A DNA stretch of 62,925 bases, filler included, from Octopus bimaculoides (GCF_001194135.2; 3 parts of 3 records of this genome joined end to end with filler, not necessarily neighbours in it), one strand, 5' to 3'; numbered from the whole stretch's first letter, positions 1 through 14,463 are shown. Numbers and translations are program-made. The notes: generated from the letters alone by a model not told the origin.

Positions 1-589
1 ATGCATATATGCATGGATATGTATACATACACATAAACACAGATGAATATTTGTGTGTGTGTGTGAGTACTCATATCCACGTGCGCGTGCACATACACTT
101 AGTCACGGTACATATTGTAAAAGAATAAAATAAATATCGCGATTTTAGAAACGTTGACATAGATTGATGTTCCGGCTAACATTCCATGCTAGCTAGTCTT
201 GAAAGAATATTTCAGTTGACAGACAAAAGGGTGCGTCGAACCGCCATCTTGAAGGAAGGGCTGAATGCTTTTACTCTGTTGAAGGAAGCAGTTAAACTAG
301 ACTGGCATGCGAGGAAAACCTATACAAACAATGTATATTAGAGTTATGTATAGCGTGCTGCGTATATGGGGGTGTATATGGGCGGGTATGTTACTTGCAG
401 CGACTCCACCCGCTCTGCGCTATGATCATAGGGGAATTATGACAATAATGGCGGTAATCTGTCAGACAAAATTCTATTTAACAGCTAATTGTTTACGGTG
501 CTGCATTTCACTATGTTATATGCATGTATATGTGTATGTGCGTGTATTTGCATACGTACATACATACATAAATACATACGTACGTAGTA

Positions 590-621
590 CATATATATAT
601 TGTACATATACATGCATATAA

Positions 622-652
<31 letters not shown>

Positions 653-662
653 CATATATATG

Positions 663-751
<89 letters not shown>
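590..751. repeat. (CA)n/(AT)n microsatellite
   Basis: Direct reading. Confidence 0.95.
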
Positions 752-753
<2 letters not shown>

Positions 754-1409
754 GCACACATGCAAATACATATTGTATGTGTACTAGGGTACATTGCGGA
801 GTGACACTGCATATTTTTGCATATATGAACAGACGCATACCTATATGTTTACATCTATTTGTCTGTTTATCTAAAAGCTATCTATCTTTCTGTCTATCTA
901 TTTTTCTATCTATCTATCAGTCTGTCTATGTATGTATCTATCTATCTATTTATTTTCCTATTTGTCTGTATATACATACATGTGCATGAATTTATGCATG
1001 TATTTTATATATATATATATATATACACACACGTTGAAGCGGTTGAAGAACAAAGGCGTAGAAACTCATACACATATACACATGTACATACATACATGCA
1101 TGCATAGATACAGACAGACAGACAGATAGATAGATTCCTATATATGCTATGTATATTCGTATACAAATACTGAATGATGACGTGTTTTGTTGAGAATTAA
1201 AAAAAAAACATTCACCAACATTACATAAAAGCTACAGTAACAACAACTACAATAAGATATCAGTCGTAAAATACAAGACATATCTTCACACGTCTCTATT
1301 AGTGTCATACTCGTCATTTTTTGTCCATTAACTTCAACTACAACATTCTACTTTGAACAAATAAAGCCAGGGTGATGATTACATATTTGCATCCAAACAT
1401 AATCTACAG

Positions 1410-1495
1410 CGGTGGTTCTCAACCGGGGTTCATATGACCTTTGGAGGTCCATATGAGCCTTGGGGGTCCATATGAGACTTGGGGGTCCATAGAGT
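1410..1495 (+). mobile_element. Isolated hAT MITE left end with subterminal repeats
   Basis: CGGTGGTTCTCAACC preceded by ATCTACAG (Charlie-like TSD form), then about three copies of CCATATGAG..TTGGGGGT. No matching right end found nearby. Confidence 0.5.
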
Positions 1496-1877
1496 TAAGC
1501 AGGTCTACATAAGAACAATAAGTTTTGTGATCTGGTCTGGAAGAACGTACCTTTGATCTGGTCTGGAAGAACGTACCTTGAGTGTGATGCAATGTTTTCG
1601 TTATACTCTGAGAGTACGAAGTCGAGCAAAACTATGTATAGAGAAGACTTTTGCTCTTCACAATAAGGAACTATATTATTCGGTAGATAATCTATTTAAG
1701 TGGCCAATAAAAGTTAATAGTCTTGTGAAATGTTACAAAGTCTTGTTGATTTGGCAGTAAAGACCACTGACAACATGGTTGACTGTGCTCCCAATTTATT
1801 CTGCAGTGATTGGAATGCTAAATATATTTAGATATGCTTCTTGGAGATTTCTATAATTTCCCCGCCTTTCAGTGTGA

Positions 1878-2210
1878 AGGTGTGTGGCTTAGTGGTTAAG
1901 GCTTTCGTCTCACGATCGTAAAGTCGTAAGTTCAATTCCCAGCGATGTGTTGTGTTCTTGACCAAGATACTTTATTTTACGTTGCTCCAGTCCACTCAGC
2001 TGGCAAAAATGAGTTGTACCTCTATATTTCAAAGGGCCAGCCTTGTCACACTCTGTGTCACGCTAAATTTCCCTGAGAGCTACGAGAAGGGTACACGTGT
2101 CTGTGGAGTGCTCAGCCACTTGCACGTTAATTTCACGAGCAGGCTGTTCCGTTGATCGGATCAACTGGAACCCTCGACATCGTAAGCAATGGAGTGTCAA
2201 CAACAACAAC
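1878..2210 (+). mobile_element. tRNA-derived SINE, family B, (CAA)n tail
   Basis: A box TGGCTTAGTGG, B box AGTTCAATTCC, core GTTGCTCCAGTCCACTCAGCTGG, tail CAACAACAACAAC. Confidence 0.88.
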
Positions 2211-2224
2211 AGATAATCCTATAA

Positions 2225-2431
2225 GCTTATCTCTACAGATATTCTATAGAAATTATACCCAGTACTGACTTTTGTTACTGTTTCGTATACGAGATCTCAG
2301 ATGTAAACAAACAATGAGATCGAAGAGGAAAAATGGATAATGTATATATGCCAAATATACATCCGTATACGAAATCTAGTAACAAACACAGTGCTGGCAA
2401 TAATCTCTATAGAATATCTGTAGAGATAGCC
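2225..2431. mobile_element. MITE-like element with ~42-bp terminal inverted repeats
   Basis: TATCTCTACAGATATTCTATAGAAATTATACCCAGTACTG (from 2228) versus the reverse complement of CAGTGCTGGCAATAATCTCTATAGAATATCTGTAGAGATA (to 2428), about 4 mismatches. The right end is followed by TTAA and the left end is preceded by ATAA. Confidence 0.65.
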
Positions 2432-2619
2432 TTAACAAATAAAGTAAAAGCGCACTGCCACCGCAGTAGAACTTAGTATTCACATGACGCGTTCGCACAC
2501 ACTCGCACACATACACCAACAGTCACACACATACACTCTTAGTCACATATGTCTTTTCTACTCTAGGCTCAAGACCCGAAATTTTGGGGGAGGAGCCCAG
2601 TCGATTAGATTGGCCCCAG

Positions 2620-2733
<114 letters not shown>

Positions 2734-2799
2734 TGAACTTTCAGATAGAAAGGAATCGTGAAATATCTACATCTATATCTCTATTAATGCGTAGACAAT

Positions 2800-2930
2800 A
2801 TTGACACCACCGATATTTATCACCAGCCGTGATATACATATTTACCGACTTTTATACCATTTGTCACATCATAAACCACACCAAGCTTTCTACAGCTATT
2901 TCATTGCTCTCCTGCATCTGAAAACTTCTC
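2800..2930 (+). mobile_element. Possible Penelope-like element RT-thumb remnant
   Basis: TDIYHQP..Y / CHIINHTKLSTAISL resembles the PLE motif TDIYxKPTxTxxYL...SCHPxHTKxSI; short and frameshifted. Confidence 0.35.
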
Positions 2931-3684
2931 AGAAACTTTAGACTGAGCAATGAATTTCTCTCCGCTACCTCCCTAATTCTTTCTCACCTTAACTTACTCT
3001 TTCCCGTTTTTACTGCCTCACACCCAACCACTAAGTAATAAACTGCATGATACTGTGTCTGAAATATTTTGCTATACCACATTGATAATTTCATTTCAAA
3101 TATTATCAACACGCAGTAATTTCTTGCGGCGGCCAACAGATTATTTTGACCACATAATGCATGTTGCAGATGTGCACAGGAATGGTGATACAGATGTGTT
3201 TACTAACGACGTGGTTCCAGTTTCAATTGCACTGTGCATTCTTTCGGGCAAATGCTCTCTCAACGAAATCTTCGCTTTGTGTGTGTGTATGAGAGAGAGA
3301 CAGAGAGACAGACATATATATATATAAAATTTTCCAGAGGATGTAGCAACCGTTACCAATATAGCATAAGAACTTACCTTAGGGGATCATTAATTAGATT
3401 CCCTAAGGGTCGTTCTCACAGTTTATATTTATATTTCAAGGTTTTTAACTTTTAAATTTGTATATTTAAAAGAGATAGAAACTTCAAACTCGATATATCC
3501 AAGATCGATTTATTTACCACTCTATGTCAACATTTCTGTGCTCAAACTTATCCAGTGACTGGTCCATTGGATTTCGACATTTGGCACTTCTTCAGGAATG
3601 TCTACCATCGGAACAAAACACGAAAAAACACATACATGACGATCATATTAAATTATTAAATTATTAAAATCCCGTTTCAGTCCA

Positions 3685-3728
<44 letters not shown>

Positions 3729-3880
3729 TCTGTAAAAACCATAAATCCGAAAGAAGAAGCACGCTCATGTGTATGTAGGTAGGTATGTGTGTATGTTTGT
3801 ACGTAAGTATGAATACAGAGGGCGCAAGGGGAAGAGATAGACGGAAGGAGATACATATATGTAAATATTTATTCAAGGTA

Positions 3881-3911
<31 letters not shown>

Positions 3912-3995
3912 TGTGAGCATACATCCACAATCACGTCTTATTATATACATACCTATATACACACGTTTATATACATACCTATACACACACACACG

Positions 3996-4045
<50 letters not shown>

Positions 4046-4535
4046 CACTGACGGAATAAATTAGTTGTTCAGTTGGTGGAGGAGTTGCAATCGGTGTGTC
4101 ATATCGTCCAATAGTTTACTACTGATTGCGCTTGGCTGAATTACTCATATGGCTGATTTGCAAAACACATTCTGACAGGTTTATATAAGGACTTCCGGTT
4201 AATACTTTAGTTTATTTCCGGCGAAAGTATCCTAGTTCGTTGTCGCTATATATCTTGTCGAATAAGTGTGTGTGTGTGTGTGTGTGCGTGCCTGTGTATA
4301 TATGTGCGTGTGTTTGTGTGTATTTATATAGATACATAGATATATAGATATGAATGTATCTACAAATACACAAGTATATATATACACATACATATATATA
4401 TATGCATGTACATAATATATATGTACAGTCACAAATATTCACATATATATATACATCCATATATATATTATATATATAGATAATTATACATATATATACA
4501 TACATATATATATATATATATAAGTATATATATAT

Positions 4536-4607
<72 letters not shown>

Positions 4608-5102
4608 GTATATATATATACATATTTTAATATAAATACATATGTTTATATATATATACATATAACTATATATATAGAGAGAGACATATATATATATATA
4701 CATATGTATACACATGTATTGATATATACACACAAATGTATATGTACGCACACATATATATACACACACACACACTCATATGTATATATATACAGAGATT
4801 GATAGAGTAATATATATATATCACGAATAGACAGATAGTCTGAGTAATAGCCAGATAGTTACTAATATAAAGATATGCTGAAAGTACTGGAGTGTTAAAC
4901 ATATCATCTAACTCCTCGGAGATGTTTCATACCTGTTAAAAGGTAAATAAGAAGACTCGGAAACCTATATTCCTCTGCCTTCCACCGTAATATCCTTAAT
5001 TGGTTTGTAACAGATGCCTGAATTACTTTAGTAAACTGTGTTGCATAAATTATGCATATCTCTGTTATTATATGCGTGTGTGTGTATGTTTGTGTATTTA
5101 TA

Positions 5103-5140
<38 letters not shown>

Positions 5141-5454
5141 NNNNNNNNNNNNNNNNNNNNNNNNNNNNNNNNNNNNNTATATGAATATATATATATATGA
5201 ATATATACACGTATATATATATATATATTATTTTGTTTAAAAGAGTTCCAACACTGTCTGTTTTTTATGTTTTATTTATATTCCTGCAGAACCAATGTGG
5301 GGTATAGAATATGGAATATACAATATATAATATAATATACAATATATAATATAAAATAAAATAAAATAAAAATGGATGGCACCATGAAAGAAAGTATTGA
5401 ATGTAGATGAAATATTGAGTGTTCAATATAAAGGATCAAATATATAAATATATA

Positions 5455-5892
5455 AATATAAATATATAAAGGCGACTCGAGTTTCAGGGCTATTTCCCTT
5501 CGTCATGGCCGGTATGACAATGTATGTATTCTGTTTTAATCATTTAAATTCTTCCTCTGAAGAAAGAGCTGCTTTTTAACAAAGATACACAGCTTCATCT
5601 TTGGAATGTAGATAACCGAAACAATATCACCTTTTAAACCTGAGAAAATTCTTGCACAGTTTTACTGTCCCGCTTATAGATTGTATTTGTAATTTGCAAA
5701 TCAGTTGGTTGATATCTTTTACTGAAAATCCAAGGATATCCAGACTGGCAGTTAGGCATTTACTTACCAAATCAAGTGCCCAAAGCAGTTGTCCATAGTT
5801 ACAGTCTTTCTGTTTGATTTTCAGCGATATTCACATCAGCAAGACAGCTGACCTCTATGACAGTACATACTTATTCTTGTCTGTCCTAAACA
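5455..5892 (-). mobile_element. 3' end of a restriction-like-endonuclease (R2/R4/NeSL-type) non-LTR retrotransposon
   Basis: Frameshifted translation DRQE-VCTVIEVSCLADVNI / KIKQKDCNYGQL / LVSKCLTASLDILGFS / INQLICKLQIQSISGTVKLCKNFLRFKR-stop (stop at 5627-5629). This fits the RLE nuclease C-terminus and is followed by a ~160-nt 3' UTR ending in AT-rich repeats. Confidence 0.75.
5471..5510 (-). ncRNA. Minimal type-I hammerhead ribozyme-like motif in the RLE LINE 3' UTR
   Basis: Minus strand GGC-C(A)UGACGA-AGGG-AAAUAG-CCCU-GAAA-C-UCGA-G-UC|GCC: stems I and II pair, stem III is capped by palindromic UCGA, GUC cleavage triplet; one extra A in the core. Confidence 0.6.
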
Positions 5893-5897
5893 TGTAT

Positions 5898-6250
5898 GTT
5901 GTTGTTGTTGTTGGCACACCGTCGCTTACGGCGTCGAGTGTTCCAGTTGATCCGATCAACTGAACAGCCTGCTCGTGAAATTAACGTGCAAGTGGCTGAG
6001 CACTCCACAGAAACGTGTACCCTTAACGTAGTTCTCGAGGATATTCAGCGTGACACAGTATGACAAGGCTGACCATTTAAATTACAGGCACAACAGAAAC
6101 AGGAAGAAAGAGTGAGAGAAAGTTGTGGGGAAAGAGTACAGCAGGGTTCACCACCATCTCTTGTCGGAGCCTCGAGGAGCTTTAGGTATTTTTGCTCAAT
6201 AAACACTCACAACGCCCGGTCTATGAATCGAAACAGCGATCCTTTGACCT
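5898..6250 (-). mobile_element. SINE family B variant, inverted relative to the 1878 copy
   Basis: 5898-6075 is the reverse complement of ~2035-2210 (GCACTCCACAG, TTAACGTGCAAGTGGCTGAG, (GTT)n); the 5' part is longer and different. It truncates the RLE LINE. Confidence 0.85.
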
Positions 6251-6704
6251 CGTATATATGTGTGTTTGTGTGAGTATGTATGTACGTGTGTATGTTTGTA
6301 TATATGTATGTATGAATGGTTGCATGTCTGTATATATTTATATTTATATGTATTAAATACAACATACTTTGTTGAGAATTTCAGAAGCGAGTAAGCAAAA
6401 CTTAGCGAATGCATCCCCCTATAGCTTTGCATCCACCACCTAAGTATCAGATCGTCACAACAATATCAGTAAATACCCTTCGGAAGTAAGATGAAACGAC
6501 TGGGAGGGAATCTACTTTAAAAAAGGCTACGCATGATATGGGAGCTAACCATGTTAATATTACTAACGCTTTTCACAGACAGCACAATAAATAGAAACAT
6601 TACATGCGAATATGACAATGTTTAACCGACGGTTTTATTTGCCCTCAGAAAGCACAGGAGACAATTTAAGACATTTTTACTTACTTTCAAAGGCTTGCCC
6701 GCTT

Positions 6705-6891
6705 CTAGCAGCCCGTGGCTGAGTGATTAAGGTGTTGAACTCATGGTCATAACATTTTAGCTTCGATTCCTAGAGTGAGCGATGAGGCGATGTGCTCTTC
6801 AGCAAAAGCACTACAGTTCACGTTGCTCCAGTCCACTCAGCTGGAAGAAACTGAGTATTCCTGCAACGAACCAATGTCATGTCCAGTGTGG

Positions 6892-6893
<2 letters not shown>
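6705..6893 (+). mobile_element. SINE family B head and core with a different tail
   Basis: GTGGCTGAGTGATTAAG...CTTCGATTCC...GTTGCTCCAGTCCACTCAGCTGG followed by CCTGCAACGAACCAATGTCATGTCCAG; related decayed copies at ~11225-11400 (+) and ~14205-14315 (-). Confidence 0.7.
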
Positions 6894-6988
<95 letters not shown>

Positions 6989-7889
6989 AGGAGAGTCATG
7001 ACTGCACATGCGTATATAGCACTATCTCTTTGTTTTTATGAACCCCTACTAGATAATCTTTCTTAATATCTTACTGTCTTTTAATTATCGCAAAATTTCT
7101 CCTCCTCACATTCTCTCTTTACGAATTGACATCTACATACATATACATACATACATACATACATACACACACACACATGTACAAACACACATACATACAT
7201 ATACACACATATATACACACACACATACAAATATACGCATACATACATACTATATATTTACATACGTGTTTGCATGTGTAGTTCCATTTCTAGGTATATA
7301 TACGCGCAAACGCAGAGTTAGACACACTAAGACATACACAGACACACATAGAAGTAGACACACATCCCAGCAAACATACATACAAGCTAAGAGAAAGCAA
7401 AACTTTCTTCTTTCTCACATTGTGTGGGCTAATGTTTCTTGAATATTATTTCCACTTACACCACTCAAATGTTGATTAATTGTTCTAATGCTAGTTTTAT
7501 TTTCTACATTTTCTATATATAAGCTTTGCTTCTTCTAAGCAGCTTTACTTCAGCTGTTTTATATCAACGTGATATATAATACTTTCATTGGTTTCTCTTG
7601 ATACGCATTAAGGTCCAACATTTTATAATTGCAAGGAAATGGATGTTTGTGACACACATGTATTTCTCAAGTGTTTAACCGCTTCAATTAAAAAGGATGT
7701 TTTCAAATGTGAAACGAAACGGTAACGCGGTCTCGGTTCGTTGTAAACCTGTCTTTTTATACTTTACGTTGCTTATTCCCACAACAGTTTTCTTTAAACT
7801 CATGTGTAAAAAGGTATTTGTCTCTAATGCAAAGCCAATAGCTGTACCTAGCGTTGCTCCGATTTATCAATAGCTACAGTGAATATAAT

Positions 7890-8305
7890 CATTTCAAATT
7901 TGGGTACAACCCCAGTAATTTCGGGAGAGGAGCGAAGTCGATTCCATCGACTGGTACTTATTTTTACGACCCCGAAAGGAGGAACAGCAAAGACGACCTT
8001 GGCGAAGTTTGAACACAGAACGTAAAAACGGACGAAATACTGCTATGCACGTTTCCCGGGGTATGTAAGATTCTGCCAGCTCACAACCACAATAAGGTGA
8101 GATAGCGGAAACGTTAGAGAGCCGGGCAAAGGCTTTGCGGCTTTTCTGTAGCTTTCCGTTTTGATTTCAAATGCTGCCGAGTTCGATTTTGCATTTTATC
8201 GTTTCTGAGTCGTTCAGTAAGTATAATTTAAGGACTGGGGTCAATGTAATCGAATAACCATCTTCCTCTAAAATTCCTGGTCGTGTGCCAAAATTTGAAA
8301 CTGTT
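7890..8305. mobile_element. Head-to-head pair of SINE family C copies (minus ~7890-8075, plus ~8090-8305)
   Basis: TTTCAAATTTGGGTACAA...AAGTCGATTCCATCGAC...GACCTTGGCGAAGTTTGAAC versus TTTCAAATGCTGCCGAGTTCGATTTTGC...GGGGTCAATGTAATCGAA...GTGCCAAAATTTGAAAC. Confidence 0.7.
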
Positions 8306-9185
8306 ATTTGTTATTTTTTTTTTTTATGTTTAATGTTACCAATTAATTACTGATGATGTTAAAACATTTGTTGTTGTTGATCGTCTCTTTTAAGAGTTCC
8401 TGTTTTATTGCTATGAGAATTACTTTGTACTGTTGCTGTTGTTGGTGTTGTTCCTTCTGTTATTATTGTTGTTTGCTATTAGGAACGTGCCTCTTATAGC
8501 GCTTGAACTAACGTTGCATTAGTGAAATATAGAGACTGTGCATTAACGCTGGCTGTCCAATGAAAGGTCAGAGAAAGTTTAGCAGCGAGCTAGCATTAGA
8601 GCTGAAGTGTGCAACTGCAGGTCTTCAGGCGATATCAAGGGAATACACCAGGAAAGAAGCGGTGGGGTTATTGGTAAGATAAAGGTTGGTTTGAAGAGGA
8701 AGTGTAATCTGCTGACCGGATGTAGCTGTGAATCACAATGGCAGACTATATCATCGATTGAAATATGTGAGTAATTGAGCTCCTTTCCATTTATGTTTCT
8801 GTAGTATAATTGCATGCATGTGTAAGATTATTAACACAGATACGGAAACGTGGATTCTCAAGAAGATATTTATGTGTGCGACAATGAGAGAAAGAAAATT
8901 CTTTAAGTAAATGTGTGTGTGAGTATATAGATGTACATATAGATGTCTATATACACAGACGTGTATGTGTGCGTGCGTACGTGTGTGTGCGTGTGTGTGT
9001 GTGTCAATACGCCATTGGATCTGAGCTCTGTAATTATATATATGAAAGTTTTTGTAGGTGTGAGCATGTGTGTGTAAATACATATGAATAATATGCAAAC
9101 ACGCTGATGGTTCTGCCTCAAAGACTATACTCGTGTATCTATGGTATGTATATATAAGTATACGCATATGAAATTTTCATGATAA

Positions 9186-9223
<38 letters not shown>

Positions 9224-9302
9224 CATTATACATACTTTCATGTATATAATACGTTATACATGCATATATATAATACATTATGCATACATATATATAATAC
9301 AT

Positions 9303-9343
<41 letters not shown>

Positions 9344-10479
9344 GTGTGTGTGTGTGTGTAGGTGTGTAGGTGCAGGAGTTGTTGTTTCCCCCCCATTTAT
9401 TCATTATTATCACTTTCATTACACATACCATTATGTCTTTGTCCAGCCCGCAGCTTCTTTCTTTTTTTCCCCCTTTTCTTCTGTGTAAGGCCGTCATAGC
9501 CAATAAAATGAAATAAAGAAACTTGCTTCCAGACCACATTCTGGATTCAGTGCCTCTGCGTGGCACCTTGGGCGTATTTGATTTACATCTGAAATATTTT
9601 GAAGTGATTTGTAGAACATTTATACTTTTAAACATTTTTTTCTCAGAACGAGTAAAGGCAGAGACGTACGCCTTTTTATGTCTATGAAGGCATTTTTCCA
9701 GCATTGGTGTCTGAAACCAAACAAGTAATGAATATACTAAGATGATGTTTAACGTTACTTAATCATTGATATTATATATATATATATATATAAGCTCTCT
9801 TTTTTGTTTATGCAAGCCAAGTTCAGCCAGGGGATAAATGTTTACCAACAAATTGAGAATTGTTTTAACTATAAATTTTGGTCCGGGCGCAACACCTGTC
9901 ACTTGAATTTCTGCTAATGTTTTCTAAAAACGGAGGAATCTATTAAATTACAGTTTTATAATAGATATTTATGTACGCATGTACGTGCATGTGTAAGCTC
10001 AGAGGCAACAGGGAAATATAATCTCCTCTCCTCACTCTTAAGCCCGTGTGTGTCTGTCCGTGTGTGTGTGTGGAAACACACACGAACACATGCATAATAT
10101 ATATGATATAGATATAATAAACAAACACCCATGGAGGGACAGAAAGAAATTTACTGATGTTAATCTCGCTAGCAAAAGATTTGATCGGCCACCCATCATG
10201 GTATTCCTCAAAATCAGTCAAGATGTAATATTTTCTTACATCATCTGATAACATCATACATATATATACACACACATTCATATTGATATGGATATAGATA
10301 CAAATATATGCATGTACATATATACGTTATATCTTGTGTCTTGCTGTTTCCATCAGCTGCACACGTATATCAACTTCCGTACACAAGTGACGCCCATGGA
10401 AACTGTTAATAGAAAATATCTACAACTGTTGCTACTTACATACTGTACACAGATTGATAACGTTGCGAGGTAATGTGTA

Positions 10480-11090
<611 letters not shown>

Positions 11091-11715
11091 ATGCATACTC
11101 AAAAATTACTGCCATCAAGCACATATCAAAGCAAGGACATATATTCTTAAAGAAATATAAATACCGGACGTTATATCAGGAAGTCAGTTGCAGGAGAAAC
11201 CATTGATAATGGCATACATGTGTGATAAAAGAATCTGGTAGTGGAACGTGTCTTAGCGATTAATATTTTGCACTTTTGATTGGAAGATTGTTGTTTCGAT
11301 TCCTAGACCGGCTATGTTGCATCGTTGCGTACAATACTTCCACCAATGCACTTATCTCACATAATTGAGCAATCTTGCAACGAACCAGCGTCTTGTCCAG
11401 GTTTTCATGGAAATATATATACACCACAGAATACGAAAAAGCGGGATTAAGATACTAAGGATCAAGAAGGATATTTGATCCTTTTGTATTTTGAGAAGAT
11501 TTTGATAAATGATATATACCTGAAATATGTAATAATATGGAATTGAACCAGGAGCATTGTGCTTGCTATTACTGATTGACAGAGTGAACCTTGCAACTAC
11601 AATACAGTTACATCAAAGATCTTTCAAATTATGTCATATCTATCCTTATATCTATCGTTCTGTCTGTCTATCTATCTGTCTGTCTTTCTATTTGTCTATT
11701 TATCTGTCAACTTGC

Positions 11716-11753
<38 letters not shown>

Positions 11754-14067
11754 CTCTACCTATCTCTCTATCTTTCTATCTATTTATCTGGTATATGTCT
11801 CTCTATCTTTCTATCTATCTACCTATATGTCTCCCTATCGATAATATCATTAGAATTTTACAAGTAACTGGAGATGGAAACAGATGCTGATTTCAATGTA
11901 GAGATAACATTGCAAGTCAGAAATGACTAATTGAAAATACATATTAATCGGAATTAATATTAATTTTATAATATTTAAAAAAGACTATCTGTAAAATCAT
12001 ACAATTATATATTGTTTATTCTGATGTAAATCAATAATAAAGACGTATGATATAAAACTATGAGAAAGTCATTCATTTCGTCTTCGTTCATGACGATTTT
12101 CCTACAGTCTTTTCTTTTTCTGTAATGCGTACCAGAAAATTTAACATTATGTCTAGATATAGATCTTCCATGTATGTCTATTTTCGTATACTGCGGACTC
12201 ATTTCAACATACATCATCCGCACTAATCGGGCGTTTTTCTGTATATTTCTTTTGAGAGAATTACCGCAAAATTAATACGATTTTTAAAAAAAATCTCCTA
12301 CAAAATTCCCCTTCTTTATAATTTAAAAGCATATACCAAATTTTTCAATAAATAGCGAAAAAGAAAATATAAAGACTAATAGCGGGAGAAAGAGTAAAAT
12401 AATTTGATACATCTCGTATTTTAATTTAAGGGGCTATATGTTTACGGTTATGTTTAGTACCTATTGGCTTATATTTAATACTTCTCAAGCAATTTTAACG
12501 CTATGTAGTCACTGGAAAGGGATCTCACATTGTATATCCGGTATTACTGAAGCGAATCCACACATGTCAATTTATTTAATTCCTTTACCCTTTGTTTAGT
12601 TCAATGCTACTCTTTCTTTCTTTTCTGATAATCTAACTTTTCAATACAGTGTAAAGTTGAGATTCTGACACATCATCTCTTTGGCTGGTTAATTCATTAG
12701 ACGTCAATCAATGAGCTAGTTACACACATCGTCTACAAAGATAAATTTCAACAATTTCGGCATTCACTACTTCTTGCTCAATGACCGGTCAACAAATATA
12801 AACCAAAGCCTCAGCAACACACTTTATTTTATTCATTTTTGTATTTATTCTTCTTATTATTCTTTCACATAATTGATTTTTATTTGTGTTTCATTTATAT
12901 TTCATTTTTTTCATTTTGTTTTATTTTCCCCTTCATCTCTAATAATACCAACAAATTACATTCAAGCTCACGTTAAATAGAGAATACAGTCGAAAAATGT
13001 CTGAACCATATCGCAAGCCTAAAGCCTTCTCATTGGTTAGAGCGTTCCTTGTGGTTCAGCTGGAGCCATGTTTAATAATTACATCTCCATACTTATTATT
13101 AAACTGGCAGAATATACTTCAAAATCATTTCCTCATTTACTCAAACTCTCATGTTCTGAAACTTTTCTGACTTCTTTGTCAAACTCAATGTTTATATTTT
13201 CTCTGTTCCGCTCTCTTTACGTTTATTTATATTTTCCAAATGAATTAGTTTGTTGTGGCTATGTTGATATTCACATATACGGTTTAAGTCTTTTTACATC
13301 TCCGTGCGCTCCGTGCGTTAACATGTATTTTATTTCATCAGCGCTTCTTGTAACTTGTCTACATCCTTTATCTTTTCATTTGCGATCCTTCTAAATCATC
13401 TGTTTAATTTACTTTCCTTCTCCACCTGGTTGACATCTTACGGGAGTATTCCTTATACATTGTTCAGCATCCTATGTTTTTTACATTTTTATCTTATTAA
13501 ATATTGATTGTTTCTTCGGCACAGAAATACCTTAAATGTAAACAAACGCCATCACATTTTACAAAGAATTCATACTGCTATCATGAATGTAATAAAGTAT
13601 TAGACCCACAGAATTATTTTCAGTCCTTCAGAAAACACACTCACACACTCATACATACACCTACGTACATACATACATACATACATACATACATACATAC
13701 ATACATACATACATACATACACATACGTAAATAGACACAAACATATATAGTTGACGCCATAAGAATTTTATTAACTTTTGAGAGAGCATAACATATTTGA
13801 TTTTGGAATAGTATATTTCGAAGCACGCACATAAATCTATAAGCAAATACGTGTAAATACTGAGTTGAAACACCTTTACGCGTGTGCTTCGAGATGTATT
13901 CCAACATACATCTATAGATATAGATGTATGCGTATGCATGTACATATGTATAGGTATACTATGCTTATAAGTACATGACTATACCTGTATATATGTATGT
14001 ATACGTAAATGTATGTATGTATGTATGTATGTATGTATGTATGTATGTATGTATGTGNNNNNNNNNN

Positions 14068-14104
<37 letters not shown>

Positions 14105-14463
14105 AGTGGCTGTGTGGTAAAGAGCTTGCTTACCAACCACGTGGTTCCTACTATTCCTATCCAAGAGCCATGAGCCGGTCTCCGGATTCCGTGGCGCATA
14201 TATTGGAACAACGTCAAAATGAAGTGTTTTGCTCAAGAACACAACGCTTCACCCAGTGCACGAATGGAAACCACAATTTTACGATCATCACTGCAACAAC
14301 CTAACCACTGGGGCACGTGTCTAACCCCCTTCCTACACACACACAGCTACAAACACACGTATGCATGTATGTATGTCCTTTTTTTTATGTATCTATGCAT
14401 ATAAAGTAGACTATATGTAATATATGTAAGAATGTGTTTTTACGTATGTTCAACAGTTTGTTT

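Noticed and set aside
485-1129. Long IYIY/CVCV/THTH ORFs here and throughout the track (including X-filled ORFs such as 19418-20932 and 25890-27059)
   Set aside because: They are translations of (AT)n, (GT)n and (CA)n microsatellites and N gaps, which lack stop codons.
8585-8768. Cys-containing open frame AEVCNCRSSG...KCNLLTGCSCESQW ending at a gtgagt donor
   Set aside because: Poor acceptor, no recognisable domain spacing and no partner exons.
12005-12223. Minus-strand ORF with a faint mariner helix-turn-helix resemblance
   Set aside because: No DD34D motifs, TIRs or TA TSD found; the similarity is too weak.
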